The notes: a model not told the origin generated them from the letters alone. A stretch of 64,000 nt of DNA from an uncultured virus (IMG/VR IMGVR_UViG_3300008107_000416) (IMGVR_UViG_3300008107_000416), one strand, 5' to 3'; shown: positions 36,739-47,685, numbered from the stretch's first letter. A program made the numbers and translations.

Positions 36739-37362
36739 TCAAGAACGATTCCCCCACTGAATATCGGGATATGCTTGAGAGACAATCTCTTTAGTGATCT
36801 TATACTTCTCACCAAGTTTCTTGTCCTTACAGAGACTGACGATTTCTGCTTCTAGTGGATGAAGACCCTCCAGAATGTTGATGAACATCGTTTCTCTACG
36901 AATACCATTCAGAGAATCATTACCACCCTTTACGAAGTGGTAAAAGTTTACATACTCTCTGCGAATTGTAGTGTGTCCCTGCTTATCAGTGGATCCAAGA
37001 GAGAATGATCCTGTCTCGTGCATCTTACGAACTTCTTCGGTGATCTTCGTAGAAAGAGATCCACTATAAGAAGTTTGTTCGGAGTATCCAGAATAAGGAA
37101 CTGGACCATCAGGAAGCATACTTACAATACTCTCATCAAAGTTCCATACAAAAACAGACTTTAGTGAGATGTGCTCATACTTCTGAAGTACTTCTACTTT
37201 TTTGGCATTTGATTTTTGCCTTGATGCCAGATCTAAAATTTCAAAGACGAATGGATTATTAGGAAGATCCAGTGATGGAGCAACCTTAATTGTTTGTGTT
37301 GCCGTCTTATTCGTCGTCGTCTTCTTCGGTGCTGTTGTCTTCGTAGTCATGATAGTTTTCAA
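36739..37362 (-). CDS. conserved T4-like hypothetical protein (DUF6433-like)
   Basis: RRETMFINILEGLHPLEAE. Confidence 0.75.
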   Translation of the reverse strand: MKTIMTTKTTAPKKTTTNKTATQTIKVAPSLDLPNNPFVFEILDLASRQKSNAKKVEVLQKYEHISLKSVFVWNFDESIVSMLPDGPVPYSGYSEQTSYSGSLSTKITEEVRKMHETGSFSLGSTDKQGHTTIRREYVNFYHFVKGGNDSLNGIRRETMFINILEGLHPLEAEIVSLCKDKKLGEKYKITKEIVSQAYPDIQWGNRS

Positions 37363-37543
37363 AGTTAAATGCGATCACCTCATCCGGTATCAGGTTACCC
37401 TGATTGTCAAACATTTCGGGGTGAGGTCTTGGAATCTCCCGATAGTTCATCATATATTCTCTTGCCACCCAACCTGCCATTACTCCCACTATAAGAAACA
37501 AAACGGTTAGAAAGGAACCGAAAACTAAACTAACTGCGAGCAT
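37307..37543 (-). CDS. hypothetical membrane protein
   Basis: hydrophobic N-terminus, HPEMFDNQGN. Confidence 0.65.
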   Translation of the reverse strand: MLAVSLVFGSFLTVLFLIVGVMAGWVAREYMMNYREIPRPHPEMFDNQGNLIPDEVIAFNFENYHDYEDNSTEEDDDE

Positions 37544-37581
37544 TTCTTTTACCTCGGGAAACTACTTTTCTTTTCCTGGAC

Positions 37582-37800
37582 TTAAAGGAATTGGATTGTG
37601 TCAACTGACCCTCCTAATTTTTTATCATCACAAATTACCTGAGGAAAAGTTGATCCTTCTCCAAACTCGGCATAGAACTCATCTTTGGTAAAGTCCGTAC
37701 CAAGAGTATACACTACAAAGTTACTGCCTGTCAACTCTAATACTTGTTTGACTTTACTACAGTAAGGACAATCATCTTTTGAATAAACTGCGAAATTCAT
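37582..37800 (-). CDS. glutaredoxin (NrdC-like)
   Basis: CPYC, TFPQV, LGG. Confidence 0.9.
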   Translation of the reverse strand: MNFAVYSKDDCPYCSKVKQVLELTGSNFVVYTLGTDFTKDEFYAEFGEGSTFPQVICDDKKLGGSVDTIQFL

Positions 37801-37821
37801 AATTGGTTATAAAATTATATA

Positions 37822-38355
37822 CTATTTAACATCCATATCCCAGGAAGTAATCATACGAAGTTTGTTTGTTTTCATGGCATCAGCATAATGTATCGTTGAA
37901 CTTGGCCAAATATACATTACACCTTCTTTGGGATTTGGAATAGAAGCAAGTTGAGTTGTATCATTTACTGGATCATTCCATGGTCCAATAAACTTAGTCG
38001 GTTCATGGACTTTATCATTATATTCGAGGTAAAGTAGTCCAGTATATCCAATCGAACGATGGTTATGTGGGCAATGATTTTCGTTCCTTTTTGTATATTT
38101 TAAGGTCCAGATATCAGTTACTCTTAAGTATTTAAGTTCTGCTTCTGTCTTAAACTGTTCTAGTTCCTCTGCAAAAATATTTTCAAAATCAAGGGCATAT
38201 CTATTCTTTTTAGAATGGCGATCTGTTTGAAAAGTATTTGCTCCGTAATAATCAAATTTGTTTTGATTTATCCTAGACAATAGTGCTTTCTTTTTACGAT
38301 CCCATTCATTGACTTCATAAGAAAAAAGAGGAACATAAAATAGAATATTAATCAT
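37822..38355 (-). CDS. putative 2OG-Fe(II) oxygenase
   Basis: HCPHNH, EG...WPS..IH, RMITSW. Confidence 0.7.
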   Translation of the reverse strand: MINILFYVPLFSYEVNEWDRKKKALLSRINQNKFDYYGANTFQTDRHSKKNRYALDFENIFAEELEQFKTEAELKYLRVTDIWTLKYTKRNENHCPHNHRSIGYTGLLYLEYNDKVHEPTKFIGPWNDPVNDTTQLASIPNPKEGVMYIWPSSTIHYADAMKTNKLRMITSWDMDVK

Positions 38356-39062
38356 CTGTCATTAGCATGATGAACAAATGGTCCTTGTGCGTTTACATAG
38401 TGTAGGAAGATTTGGTGATGATAGGTATCATCTTCTTTCTTACGGAATGTGCGCCACAGGTTTTCCAATTTACTATACTTGGATTCTAGTGGGTCACGCC
38501 AGTGCTCACGCTCGCATCCTTTATAAACAGCAGCATCACCATTCTTCATTAGAACATAAGACTCACTACCATCAGGACGCTCAAACCAAATTGGCCAAGG
38601 ATTGGAAGAGTTAGTGCTAATTTGAAGAGTCACACTGACTTCACACGCAGGGCGATCACTATGACGCCTTAGTTGCTGACCAACATAATAGAAGCGGTCA
38701 TAGAAGTAGGTAGGAAGCAAATCAATACCAAGACGCTTCTCTACTTCCTTACGAACAAGATAGTGAAGTTCCTTATACATTGGAACATTATATCGTGCTA
38801 GTGAACCATTCACCTGCTTTTCATCTGGGACATAAGTAAATTTATCCTTACGGACATAATTCATTTGCCCCGTGATACGATTACCATTCTCGTCAAGTGG
38901 AGGAGCACAGTAAAGATTTTCTGGGTCGGCAATGAGTCCTGGCATGAAAAGATATCCATTCTTCTCGAAAGACTCATTCTTCGTCATATTGGTGGTGGTT
39001 GGAATAGCACAACGCTGATACCCATCTTCATAGACACCACCAGTTGATACATACTCTTTCAT
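38352..39062 (-). CDS. putative 2OG-Fe(II) oxygenase
   Basis: LRRHSDRPACEVSVT, GCEREHWR, QIFLHYV. Confidence 0.75.
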   Translation of the reverse strand: MKEYVSTGGVYEDGYQRCAIPTTTNMTKNESFEKNGYLFMPGLIADPENLYCAPPLDENGNRITGQMNYVRKDKFTYVPDEKQVNGSLARYNVPMYKELHYLVRKEVEKRLGIDLLPTYFYDRFYYVGQQLRRHSDRPACEVSVTLQISTNSSNPWPIWFERPDGSESYVLMKNGDAAVYKGCEREHWRDPLESKYSKLENLWRTFRKKEDDTYHHQIFLHYVNAQGPFVHHANDR

Positions 39063-39679
39063 CACTTCCACCTCGGGCCAACCACCCAACCTACAAGACT
39101 CTTACGCAAACCAGACTTGACCTTACGAACACGGTGCTTGGTGCGTGAGTCAAATACCATCAGAGTTCCACGCTGCTTCGGAGCAAAGTAAGTCTCACCA
39201 CCATTATCAAGGAACTGAACTTCGCCACCAGTATAGTCACTGGGGTCAGAGAGTTGAAGAGCAAAGGACAACTTCCTTACATACTCGCCATTCAAAGTCA
39301 CTTGGTCTTGACTCATGTTTGTTCCCGAACCAGGAACCAGTTGTGGTTTGTAAAAGGTATCAATATCTGCGTCCTGGTGCCAATTATAAAACTGCCCTTC
39401 ACCATATTGGGTATATTGAATACTTCCACCATCAATATCGGTCAGATCGTAGCAGAAGTTCTCACGGTTTACTTTATCAATATAATACCACAACCAACCA
39501 CCAATCCAATGTGAAGTAGGAATCCAAGCATTCTTACTATTGCGGATAACCTTATCCACTTGCGCTCCCATGATCTGGGAGTCTGCCGCAATAGAGTCGA
39601 ATGTTTGAAGGTCTTTTTCTACAATTTCTACGATTTCAGTTGGCAAGTTAGTCATGTGCCAACAGGTTAAAAATGCCAT
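39062..39679 (-). CDS. PKHD-type 2OG-Fe(II) hydroxylase
   Basis: YNWHQD, RKLS, YTGGE, HRVRKV.SGLRKSLVGW. Confidence 0.88.
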   Translation of the reverse strand: MAFLTCWHMTNLPTEIVEIVEKDLQTFDSIAADSQIMGAQVDKVIRNSKNAWIPTSHWIGGWLWYYIDKVNRENFCYDLTDIDGGSIQYTQYGEGQFYNWHQDADIDTFYKPQLVPGSGTNMSQDQVTLNGEYVRKLSFALQLSDPSDYTGGEVQFLDNGGETYFAPKQRGTLMVFDSRTKHRVRKVKSGLRKSLVGWVVGPRWK

Positions 39680-39703
39680 AGTCGAATAATATTCCTCAGT
39701 TTG

Positions 39704-39732
39704 ATTATATATGATTGTAATAAAAATGTCAA
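39704..39732 (-). promoter_or_regulatory. consensus sigma70 promoter
   Basis: TTGACA-N17-TATAAT. Confidence 0.85.
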
Positions 39733-40439
39733 TAAAAAATTTTCTGCTGATATTGAAGAAAGTTGCGATCAACCCACCTAATTAAATCACCAATTTCAGA
39801 AAACTGATCGCACAAACCATCATCAATAATACCAAAGGAAGGATACAATGTTTTAACCAATCCTAAATTTGGTATTTCTGTCTCGTTAATTGGTTTTTCA
39901 TTTCCTATCAAACCAAAAGACTTTACATAAACATTAGATAGTTCATAGTTTTTTACTCTATCTAAATTAAAGTGATCACATACTTTATCCATAGTTTCTT
40001 TTTTATTCTTAAAAAAACTATTTGATTCTATCCACAAAACATCATCAACTTCTTTCATCCATTGAACATTATTCAACCATATAAAAGCAATTTTTTCAAG
40101 ATCAGTTTTAAACTCAAATTCTTTTAAAGATGGGTGGCAGTGATCTAAATGATGCTCATATTTTTTAGATATGATACTTCTAATATAATTTGATGATTTA
40201 ATTTTAAACAGATGATGTTTTAGTTTTCTATATAAAAATACTTTTTTGCCTGACAGTTCATTTGAAAAGGGACACCATCCACTTCCAAATTTAATTGTAA
40301 CATTATCAAGTTCCAAGTCACCATTCAATAAACTAGAAGTCCACGGTGGTTCACAATAAACAGTTGTAGAGTTGGCCAATAATGTTGCCATTAGCGTTGA
40401 ACCACAGTGAGATGTGTGGTAAATTTGATTAATTTTCAT
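39729..40439 (-). CDS. sulfotransferase-like P-loop protein
   Basis: HTSHCGSTL...EP. Confidence 0.55.
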   Translation of the reverse strand: MKINQIYHTSHCGSTLMATLLANSTTVYCEPPWTSSLLNGDLELDNVTIKFGSGWCPFSNELSGKKVFLYRKLKHHLFKIKSSNYIRSIISKKYEHHLDHCHPSLKEFEFKTDLEKIAFIWLNNVQWMKEVDDVLWIESNSFFKNKKETMDKVCDHFNLDRVKNYELSNVYVKSFGLIGNEKPINETEIPNLGLVKTLYPSFGIIDDGLCDQFSEIGDLIRWVDRNFLQYQQKIFY

Positions 40440-41073
40440 GTGCTTTTTGGTAATCAACTCCAAAGAAATGAGATATACAATATCTACCATTTCCAGAATA
40501 ATAATCTGTATCTTCTATACTTACCCACTTAACTCCATGAGTAACATATGATGGTAACAGAATTAAACTGTTGTTCGTACATTTAAATTCATAATCTCCA
40601 TACTCTGGAAAAAATAATTCACCACCCGTAAACTTTCTAGGTTCTCTATTAAAATAACTGAATGCTAAAAAGTCATGATTTATATCGGTATGGGGTGCGT
40701 AATAGTCACCATCATGATAATACCTAACTTTTGTATAACAATAATTGGTGTGTAGAATTTTTTTATGTTGAGGAAACTTATCATAAAAGATATTCAAAAA
40801 CCCATGATTGAATAACTTTTGAGTAACAGTTATAATGTTGGAAATATTTTTATCATTATAAGAAACATCCAGTTGTATTGATCTGGATTTAGTTAAAATC
40901 TCCCCAGTTTCTGGATGAACTGCTCCGTGAATGTATCCCGGATCATAAAGTTTTCCTGGTTTAGTTAAGAATACAAGTTCTTCCCAAATTAAATCTAACT
41001 CTTCGTCAGTATAAAAGTTTTCTATAGTCAAATGAGGAAATGGATCTTTAAATATACTTATCTTCCTTTCCAT
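40429..41073 (-). CDS. 2OG-Fe(II) oxygenase (prolyl hydroxylase-like)
   Basis: DPFPH, YAPHTD, FTGGEL, HGV, GRY. Confidence 0.85.
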   Translation of the reverse strand: MERKISIFKDPFPHLTIENFYTDEELDLIWEELVFLTKPGKLYDPGYIHGAVHPETGEILTKSRSIQLDVSYNDKNISNIITVTQKLFNHGFLNIFYDKFPQHKKILHTNYCYTKVRYYHDGDYYAPHTDINHDFLAFSYFNREPRKFTGGELFFPEYGDYEFKCTNNSLILLPSYVTHGVKWVSIEDTDYYSGNGRYCISHFFGVDYQKAHEN

Positions 41074-41099
41074 TATTAGTAGGCATTTTAAATATCATA

Positions 41100-41435
41100 T
41101 CAAGTATTTGATTGATTGTCAATTAAATCTGATACCCAAGATCTTTCTCCTTCAGAACCTTCAACTTGTTTCCAATCTGAAATAGATTCATCCCATTCAT
41201 ATTGATGAGTAGTCATTGGTTTTGGAAATGGTGGTCTCCATTTTTCATACTTATACCTGAAATTTGAATTATAAGAAGTTTGAACCCACTTTGTATCTTG
41301 CCCTAGTAAATTTTTACAAAATTGAATTCCAATCTCTTCCGATTCATTTCCATTTTCATCCAAAATGTCTGAGTTATTGACTACTGTTACTTGAAGTACA
41401 ATATTATTTTCATCTAATTGAGAAAAGTGCGCCAT
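41100..41435 (-). CDS. fibre-associated protein, internally shortened paralogue of 43716..44180
   Basis: MAHFSQLDENNIV...WVQTSYN..FR. Confidence 0.7.
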   Translation of the reverse strand: MAHFSQLDENNIVLQVTVVNNSDILDENGNESEEIGIQFCKNLLGQDTKWVQTSYNSNFRYKYEKWRPPFPKPMTTHQYEWDESISDWKQVEGSEGERSWVSDLIDNQSNT

Positions 41436-41440
41436 AAGAA

Positions 41441-42295
41441 TTAAGTTACAGAGAATGTACCGTTACCAGTAAAGTCGTGAATAGTATAAGGAGAACCACT
41501 AACTGTTGCAGTTGTGACTGTACCACCTGTTGCTTTTTGTACTGATCCAGCATAACGAACTATTACTCTTCCAGAACCTCCTGTTCCAGTTGAACCATAT
41601 CCATCAGCATTTCTAGAACCTCCACCAGTATTAGCGGCAGGTGAACGAGTTGTACTACCATCACCATTAAGACCAACTGAAGGACCAAATCCTGGTGACA
41701 CCGCCGCCCCACCGCCACCAAAAGCAACAGTCAATGAAGTACCACCTCTAAAAGTTGCTAGATCATATCCAGATCCACCATTAGCGCCATTAGAGGTTCC
41801 AGCAGTTACACCAGCACTACCTTTTCCTCCTCCGCCGCCGGCTCCCCATGTTGATCTAGGAACAAAACTGGAACCACCACCAGGATTTCCTTGCCCAGGT
41901 GTTCCTGATCCACCGGCGCCACCCGATGCTCCACCACCACCAGATCCACCCGGAATACCTGTAAACGGAGTAAGGTTGTCGGAGGCGCTACCATATCCAC
42001 CACCAGCAGCATTAGTAGCTCCAGTAAATAAAGTTGCAGTTCCATTAGTATTTCCACCTCCACCACCACCAATTGTGACTGTCCTACTTGTCCCTGGATC
42101 TAATGCTGCTGAGTAAATATACAATCCACCAGCGCCTCCCCCGCCGCCGCCGGCCACGAAGTAGGTATCATCTGTTGACGGGGGCGTGATTAATCCAATC
42201 CTACTTGTAGTTCCACCACCACCACCCATCATAAGAACTTCAACACTCAATGGTGCTGAACCACTCGTCATAAAAAATGATTGAATAATAGACAT
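41441..42295 (-). CDS. glycine-rich fibre tip / adhesin
   Basis: polyglycine motifs, GGSGRVIVRY, IHDFTGNGTF. Confidence 0.75.
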   Translation of the reverse strand: MSIIQSFFMTSGSAPLSVEVLMMGGGGGTTSRIGLITPPSTDDTYFVAGGGGGGAGGLYIYSAALDPGTSRTVTIGGGGGGNTNGTATLFTGATNAAGGGYGSASDNLTPFTGIPGGSGGGGASGGAGGSGTPGQGNPGGGSSFVPRSTWGAGGGGGKGSAGVTAGTSNGANGGSGYDLATFRGGTSLTVAFGGGGAAVSPGFGPSVGLNGDGSTTRSPAANTGGGSRNADGYGSTGTGGSGRVIVRYAGSVQKATGGTVTTATVSGSPYTIHDFTGNGTFSVT

Positions 42296-42296
42296 A

Positions 42297-43664
42297 TTAA
42301 GTTAACCCCGCTCCTGATATTACGAATATATTAGACCCTACACACAAAATTGTACATACTCCATATTGTGCTAATGTTCTGTTTCCAGTAGTAGCAGTTC
42401 CTGCTAAACGCAAAGTAACACTAGTTCCTTGTGTGATTGTTTGGTTGGATGATGAATTATTGTATATAGTCACTGCATCACCAACATTAAACACTGAGGC
42501 TGGAACAGTAACACCACCAGTAGTTATTGATATATGCTTTCCAACATCACCAGATACCAAAGTGTATCCTGTTGTTTTGGAATTTTGAGGAATTGTTGAT
42601 GGTCCAAAAACTCCTTGAGTACCTTGCGTTCCAGTGGTTCCCTGAGAACCAGTAGTTCCTTGGGTTCCCGTTATACCTTGAGCACCTGTAGTTCCCTGAG
42701 AACCAGTAGTTCCTTGGGTTCCCGTTATACCTTGAGCACCTGTAGTTCCCTGTGCTCCTGTTGTACCCTGAGTACCCGTGGTTCCTTGTGTTCCTAATGT
42801 ACCTTGAGAACCTGTTGCTCCTTGAACACCCTGCCTACCCTGAACTCCCTGAACACCAGTGGTTCCTTGAGTTCCTAGTATACCTTGAATACCCTGAGTA
42901 CCCTGTGATCCAAGAGTACCATTGAATCCTTGAGCACCTTGTACACCCTGAGTTCCTTGTGGACCACCAGTTGTATAAGTGCTGATCTCTACACTATCTC
43001 CAGCAGTGAGAGGATCATTTAGAACAATGTCTGTTCCACTCGTCGCGGTGTAGTCTGATGGTCCTAGGTGAGCACCATTGACATAGACATCAACATTCGC
43101 ACCAACAACATAGGTGACACTGAATGTTGTTTGACTTGCTGTTGCTGTAAAACTACTGTTGGTTCTAGAAAAACTAGGACCTTGAAGACCTTGAATACCC
43201 TGTGTTCCCTGAGAACCAGTAGTTCCTTGGGTTCCCGTTATACCTTGAGCACCTGTAGTTCCCTGTGCTCCTGTTGTACCCTGAGTACCCGTGGTTCCTT
43301 GAGTTCCTAATGCACCTTGAACACCCTGGATACCTTGGATACCTTGGGTTCCTTGAATACCCTGAACACCTTGGACTCCTTGAATGCCTTGAGTGCCTTG
43401 GATTCCTTGAGTCCCCTGTACACCTTGAGTACCTTGAGTACCTTGAGTACCTTGAATTCCTAATGTACCTTGAACACCTTGAGTACCTTGAACTCCTTGT
43501 GTTCCTTGGACTCCTTGAGTTCCTTGAGTACCTTGGACACCTGTGACGCCTTGTACGCCAGTGTTAATTCTTACCCAAGAACTGCCATTAAACTGCCAGG
43601 TCGTATCATTGGCAACATAAGTATCGTTTATAGCAGGATTATTGGGAAAATTAAGGGCTGCCAT
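42297..43664 (-). CDS. collagen-like tail fibre
   Basis: (G-X-Q)n repeats; C-terminal module shared with 14360..17326. Confidence 0.85.
   Translation of the reverse strand: MAALNFPNNPAINDTYVANDTTWQFNGSSWVRINTGVQGVTGVQGTQGTQGVQGTQGVQGTQGVQGTLGIQGTQGTQGTQGVQGTQGIQGTQGIQGVQGVQGIQGTQGIQGIQGVQGALGTQGTTGTQGTTGAQGTTGAQGITGTQGTTGSQGTQGIQGLQGPSFSRTNSSFTATASQTTFSVTYVVGANVDVYVNGAHLGPSDYTATSGTDIVLNDPLTAGDSVEISTYTTGGPQGTQGVQGAQGFNGTLGSQGTQGIQGILGTQGTTGVQGVQGRQGVQGATGSQGTLGTQGTTGTQGTTGAQGTTGAQGITGTQGTTGSQGTTGAQGITGTQGTTGSQGTTGTQGTQGVFGPSTIPQNSKTTGYTLVSGDVGKHISITTGGVTVPASVFNVGDAVTIYNNSSSNQTITQGTSVTLRLAGTATTGNRTLAQYGVCTILCVGSNIFVISGAGLT
42637..42744. repeat. 2 x 54-bp perfect tandem repeat; 42691..42788 recurs at 43204..43301
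   Basis: direct sequence comparison. Confidence 0.8.
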
Positions 43665-43715
43665 TATCTACTTTTTTGACTATTTATCCTCAAAAATATC
43701 ATCTCTATAAATTAT

Positions 43716-44180
43716 CTATTCTCGTGTTTCCAATACCCAACCAGTGGTATTGTCTGCCTGATAGGCATCCTCATCCCAAACATATTGTGATCTTGCTTCT
43801 TTCTGCTCCTCTGTCAATTCTGGTTGAGGAATAGGAGCATCCCAGTGCCCAGTGGTAGTATTCAAAGTCCAAGAATCACGACCTTCTGGTTTTGCTGGAT
43901 GGAAGATGTCGTGTTCCGAACTATAATACCAACCAATACCAGGATAGTTCGCACGGAAACCTGGTTTTCCACTTGGTTCATTGGTCTCGGCATCGTAATG
44001 AATCCCACCACGAGTATTGTAAGAACACTTCTTCCAATTCTCATGACCATGATGTTTGATGAGATGCTCTAATCCAATCTCTTCCTTTTCAATACCACCA
44101 CGAGTCATACAATCAATTGTATCAACTGTAAGAACTGCGGTTACGATGTTGTCCAGTCCTAATTTTGCGTAGTGTGCCAT
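43716..44180 (-). CDS. fibre-associated conserved protein
   Basis: MAHYAKL...SYNTRGG...FRANYPGIG. Confidence 0.75.
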   Translation of the reverse strand: MAHYAKLGLDNIVTAVLTVDTIDCMTRGGIEKEEIGLEHLIKHHGHENWKKCSYNTRGGIHYDAETNEPSGKPGFRANYPGIGWYYSSEHDIFHPAKPEGRDSWTLNTTTGHWDAPIPQPELTEEQKEARSQYVWDEDAYQADNTTGWVLETRE

Positions 44181-44182
44181 CT

Positions 44183-44551
44183 TTATAACTCTGGTTCAGG
44201 TCCTTCGGGTTTGGGGTAATTTTCTTTGACTGTTTCAATCGCAGTCATCCAAGTACCATTATTTAGGTTTCCTGCTTTTAAATCGTGATAAAGCATATCC
44301 AATTGGTCTTTGACACTTGGATAATCTTTTTCACGATTTCTTTCATAGAGATAGTAGTTATAAATCTCTACTTCTCTTACAACTTCTGCTTGAATTTCTT
44401 CCCAGGTCGGTGGTTCTCTACCTTCATCATCTTCCCATCCAACAAAGGTGGTGTTTGAAAGGTCCCAACGAGCACCAGGACGAAGAGTTTGAATTGCGGT
44501 ATCTACACCAGGAACAGGATACTGAATACCCTTAAACTTTCTGTATGCCAT
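44183..44551 (-). CDS. XkdW-like tail fibre chaperone
   Basis: LRPGARW...R...YPSVKDQLDMLY...KENYPKP. Confidence 0.7.
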   Translation of the reverse strand: MAYRKFKGIQYPVPGVDTAIQTLRPGARWDLSNTTFVGWEDDEGREPPTWEEIQAEVVREVEIYNYYLYERNREKDYPSVKDQLDMLYHDLKAGNLNNGTWMTAIETVKENYPKPEGPEPEL

Positions 44552-44580
44552 ATAGTCAAATAAGTTATATACGGGAGTAT

Positions 44581-45993
44581 TTATGCTGCTGATGGATAAG
44601 CAATGATGACGATTCCCGAACCACCAGCACCGCCACTAGTATTTCCAGAACCTCCCTGTCCACCATTACCTGTATTTGGAGTTCCAGCAGTTCCACCTCC
44701 GCTCCCGTCTCCGGTGGTGACACTAGGTCCACCTGCGGCATAAGTTGTACTAGTACCATTAATTGAAGATGCGGAACCGGGTCCACCAGGAACATTTCCA
44801 CCCGGTGGAGCAGGAGTTCCAGCACCGCCAGCACCTCCGCCACCAGCCCCAGCTGGACTACCTGACGATCCTCCATCATTTCCTTGTGTAGGAACTGGTG
44901 TTGATGTTCCTGCTACTCTATTCCCATTTCCTCCACTGCCTGGACCTGAACCAGCACCTCCACCAGAACCACCATTTCTTCCACCATAGTTTGCTGAACC
45001 ATCACCATTTCCACCACCCAATCCTCCACCTTCAGAAGTTATGGTTCCGAATATTGATTGATTTCCATTTTCTCCTGCCACTCCGGGATAGATAGATCCT
45101 GCCCCTCCACCACCAACAGTAATAGGTTGTGAAGTCGCTACAAACATAGTTCCTGTCCTCATTCCACCAGCACCACCGCCGCCACCTCTATTACCACCAG
45201 CACCACCACCACTACCAACTACAAGATATTCCACAGTTGCAGATCCACTTGATACAGTAAATGTTCCTGGTGAAGTGAATGTATGAACTTTAAATCCACT
45301 TCTTGAAGTTGTACTTTCTGTTCCACCAGAAGCTGTAAACTGGTTTCCAAAGCTAGTCCAGGTAGATCCATTAAAAACTTGGGCTGTTGATGTGGTACTA
45401 TTCCAAATAACTGTACCCGTAGCAGTACTGGTTAAAGCATCTCTCTGTGCCGTTGTAAAAGTACCCATTCCAAATCTATGTTGATCACCAACTTGAATTA
45501 CATTTGTTGAATCATTAAAAGTAAATCCAGCATCACCAGAAGTTACATTAGATCCATTCTTATAAACAACCTGGTTTGCCGTACCACCGACAGTAGCACC
45601 AGAAGTACCTTGTGTTCCTGTGGTTCCAGTGGTTCCTTGAGTTCCTGTAGTTCCTGTAGTTCCTTGAGTTCCAGTAGCACCTTGTGTACCCTGAGTACCA
45701 GTAGCCCCCTGAGTTCCTGTAATGCCCTGAGACCCTGTAATACCTTGAGTTCCTTGGGGACCAGTCGTACCCTGAGTTCCAGTGGTTCCTTGTGTTCCAC
45801 CAGTACCTTGTGCCCCCTGAATACCAGCAGAAGAACCTTGCCAGACTCCAGTGTTACTAATGACTGGTGTTCCTTTGATAGATAAACCACCACTGATGTC
45901 TACAGTGGTTCCAATGCCAACCTTCGTAGCAGTTCCACTACCTGTAACATTTACAAGACCACCAAGTTGTGCTAGTTCGGTTGCTTTGGTCAT
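44581..45993 (-). CDS. collagen-like fibre with fused glycine-rich tip
   Basis: QGT repeats, [20 protein letters not shown]. Confidence 0.85.
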   Translation of the reverse strand: MTKATELAQLGGLVNVTGSGTATKVGIGTTVDISGGLSIKGTPVISNTGVWQGSSAGIQGAQGTGGTQGTTGTQGTTGPQGTQGITGSQGITGTQGATGTQGTQGATGTQGTTGTTGTQGTTGTTGTQGTSGATVGGTANQVVYKNGSNVTSGDAGFTFNDSTNVIQVGDQHRFGMGTFTTAQRDALTSTATGTVIWNSTTSTAQVFNGSTWTSFGNQFTASGGTESTTSRSGFKVHTFTSPGTFTVSSGSATVEYLVVGSGGGAGGNRGGGGGAGGMRTGTMFVATSQPITVGGGGAGSIYPGVAGENGNQSIFGTITSEGGGLGGGNGDGSANYGGRNGGSGGGAGSGPGSGGNGNRVAGTSTPVPTQGNDGGSSGSPAGAGGGGAGGAGTPAPPGGNVPGGPGSASSINGTSTTYAAGGPSVTTGDGSGGGTAGTPNTGNGGQGGSGNTSGGAGGSGIVIIAYPSAA

Positions 45994-46009
45994 TTATCTT
46001 TTTGACTAT

Positions 46010-46315
46010 TTATTCTGGTTTTGGATACTTATCTTTGATTGCCTGAATTTGTGCTGCCATTTCTGGTGGGAAAACTCCAGCGTGAAACAGAGCATCAAGT
46101 TGATCTGTGATTGCTGGGTATTCTGGTGCTCTTTGGCGTTGGTATTGTGTAAGTTCGTACTCTGCTTTGAGTCTTTCTATTTCTTGAGCAATCTCATCTT
46201 CTGTAGGTTTTGATTGAGTTTCATCTACCCATTCCAATCCATCATAGGATGTTCCACGCCAAGTCCATTTAGCGCCTGGTCTTAAATTTTGTAATGCTTG
46301 TGAAATATTAGTCAT
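46010..46315 (-). CDS. XkdW-like tail fibre chaperone
   Basis: LRPGAKW...YQRQRAPEYP..DQLD...KYPKP. Confidence 0.75.
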   Translation of the reverse strand: MTNISQALQNLRPGAKWTWRGTSYDGLEWVDETQSKPTEDEIAQEIERLKAEYELTQYQRQRAPEYPAITDQLDALFHAGVFPPEMAAQIQAIKDKYPKPE

Positions 46316-46316
46316 T

Positions 46317-46853
46317 TTATGCTGCTATCTCCATTAAAGTTAAAGAATATCCGTTGGTGTTTTGTTCAATTCCCGTTCCATTCCATCCAGATTTTCCAAC
46401 AACAATAGCTGGAGCAGCTCCACTTCCATAAAAGTGAACTGCTCTAAGCTTATAAGTTACTGCTGAAGTTGTAGATGGACTATCAACTAAAACACCAGTA
46501 ATTGTATATGTTCCATTAGAGTTGGTATTAGCAGGGACATTATCAGTACCGAAAGCTTGGAATGTTGCCCTATTGTTTCCAGATACATTAGAACCAAGGG
46601 CAATTGTAGTTGAATCTCTATAAGCCACAAATCCCCATTCTTGTCCAGAAGTTCCTTCCTGAGCTACATTACCATTATAAAGAAATAATATTTTACTGGT
46701 GGTAAATGATGGTGTGATAGATAAAGAAATAATATCAAAATCTGCTGTTGAATTTAGTATTGTATTACTAAAAGTTGTTTGAAGTTGAAGAACTTTTCCT
46801 CTATTGGGAAGTCCAGTAGTGGTTTGAATATCATTAACCTTGATTAAACTCAT
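46317..46853 (-). CDS. fibre tip domain protein
   Basis: GKVLQ, SITPS..SKIL, DSPSTTSAVTY, TLMEIAA. Confidence 0.75.
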   Translation of the reverse strand: MSLIKVNDIQTTTGLPNRGKVLQLQTTFSNTILNSTADFDIISLSITPSFTTSKILFLYNGNVAQEGTSGQEWGFVAYRDSTTIALGSNVSGNNRATFQAFGTDNVPANTNSNGTYTITGVLVDSPSTTSAVTYKLRAVHFYGSGAAPAIVVGKSGWNGTGIEQNTNGYSLTLMEIAA

Positions 46854-47170
46854 TATCCTTCTCCTGGTTTAGGATATTTATTTTTTACTTCATCAACCAT
46901 TGCTTTCCAACCATCATAACCTTGATGATATAAAGCATCTAGTTGGTCTTCAATGGAGGGATATTCTTTAGCACGGTCTCTTTGATATTGATTGTTCTGA
47001 TATTCTAATTGAAGTCTTTGTGCTTCTTTAATAACCTCTTGTTGAGTTGGGGGTGGAAATTCATTTTCTAAATTCCATTCAAGATTTTCTACATCATCAT
47101 CACCAACCAATCTCCAAGCACATCCTGGTTTTAAAGAAGAAATAGCTTGTGTATAAAATGGTATATTCAT
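46853..47170 (-). CDS. XkdW-like tail fibre chaperone
   Basis: YQRDRAKEYPSIEDQLD...KYPKP. Confidence 0.75.
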   Translation of the reverse strand: MNIPFYTQAISSLKPGCAWRLVGDDDVENLEWNLENEFPPPTQQEVIKEAQRLQLEYQNNQYQRDRAKEYPSIEDQLDALYHQGYDGWKAMVDEVKNKYPKPGEG

Positions 47171-47685
47171 GATCCTGCTACCTCCATTAATACTAATTGA
47201 GTATTGTTATTCCAAAAGTTTGAGACATCATTTCCGGAGTTTCTGTTCACATATACTGTATAACTTGTATTGGTTGCTACTCTAATATCATATTGAACAG
47301 CACTTGTTGTTGCTGGACTATCCAAATAAAGAATATGATGAGTTTGTGGCTCACTTCCAGAAACTCTTCTGTACCAATTATTTCCAGCAAGGAAAGTGCT
47401 TCCTCTAAAAAGACAAAAAACTTCTTCGGTGCCTGTAGAATTAGCGTCAGCAGAAGTTTTAAACTGACATAAAATTTTATTGGTTGAACTAGAAGGTGTA
47501 ATGGTTCCAGAAAAAACTAATGTAGAGTTTGATGTTGTGACCACGAAAGCATTAGAACCAGTTCCAGATGTTGAGACTGCTGTTGCTGATGGAACTACTT
47601 GTACAACCTGTAAAATACTTCCAGTACTATTTAAAATAGTCCTACCACCAGTGGTTTGTATCTGATTTGTTTTAACTGTACTCAT
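47167..47685 (-). CDS. fibre tip domain protein
   Basis: GSILQVVQ, ITPSS..NKIL, DSPATTSAVQY, LMEVAG. Confidence 0.75.
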   Translation of the reverse strand: MSTVKTNQIQTTGGRTILNSTGSILQVVQVVPSATAVSTSGTGSNAFVVTTSNSTLVFSGTITPSSSTNKILCQFKTSADANSTGTEEVFCLFRGSTFLAGNNWYRRVSGSEPQTHHILYLDSPATTSAVQYDIRVATNTSYTVYVNRNSGNDVSNFWNNNTQLVLMEVAGS

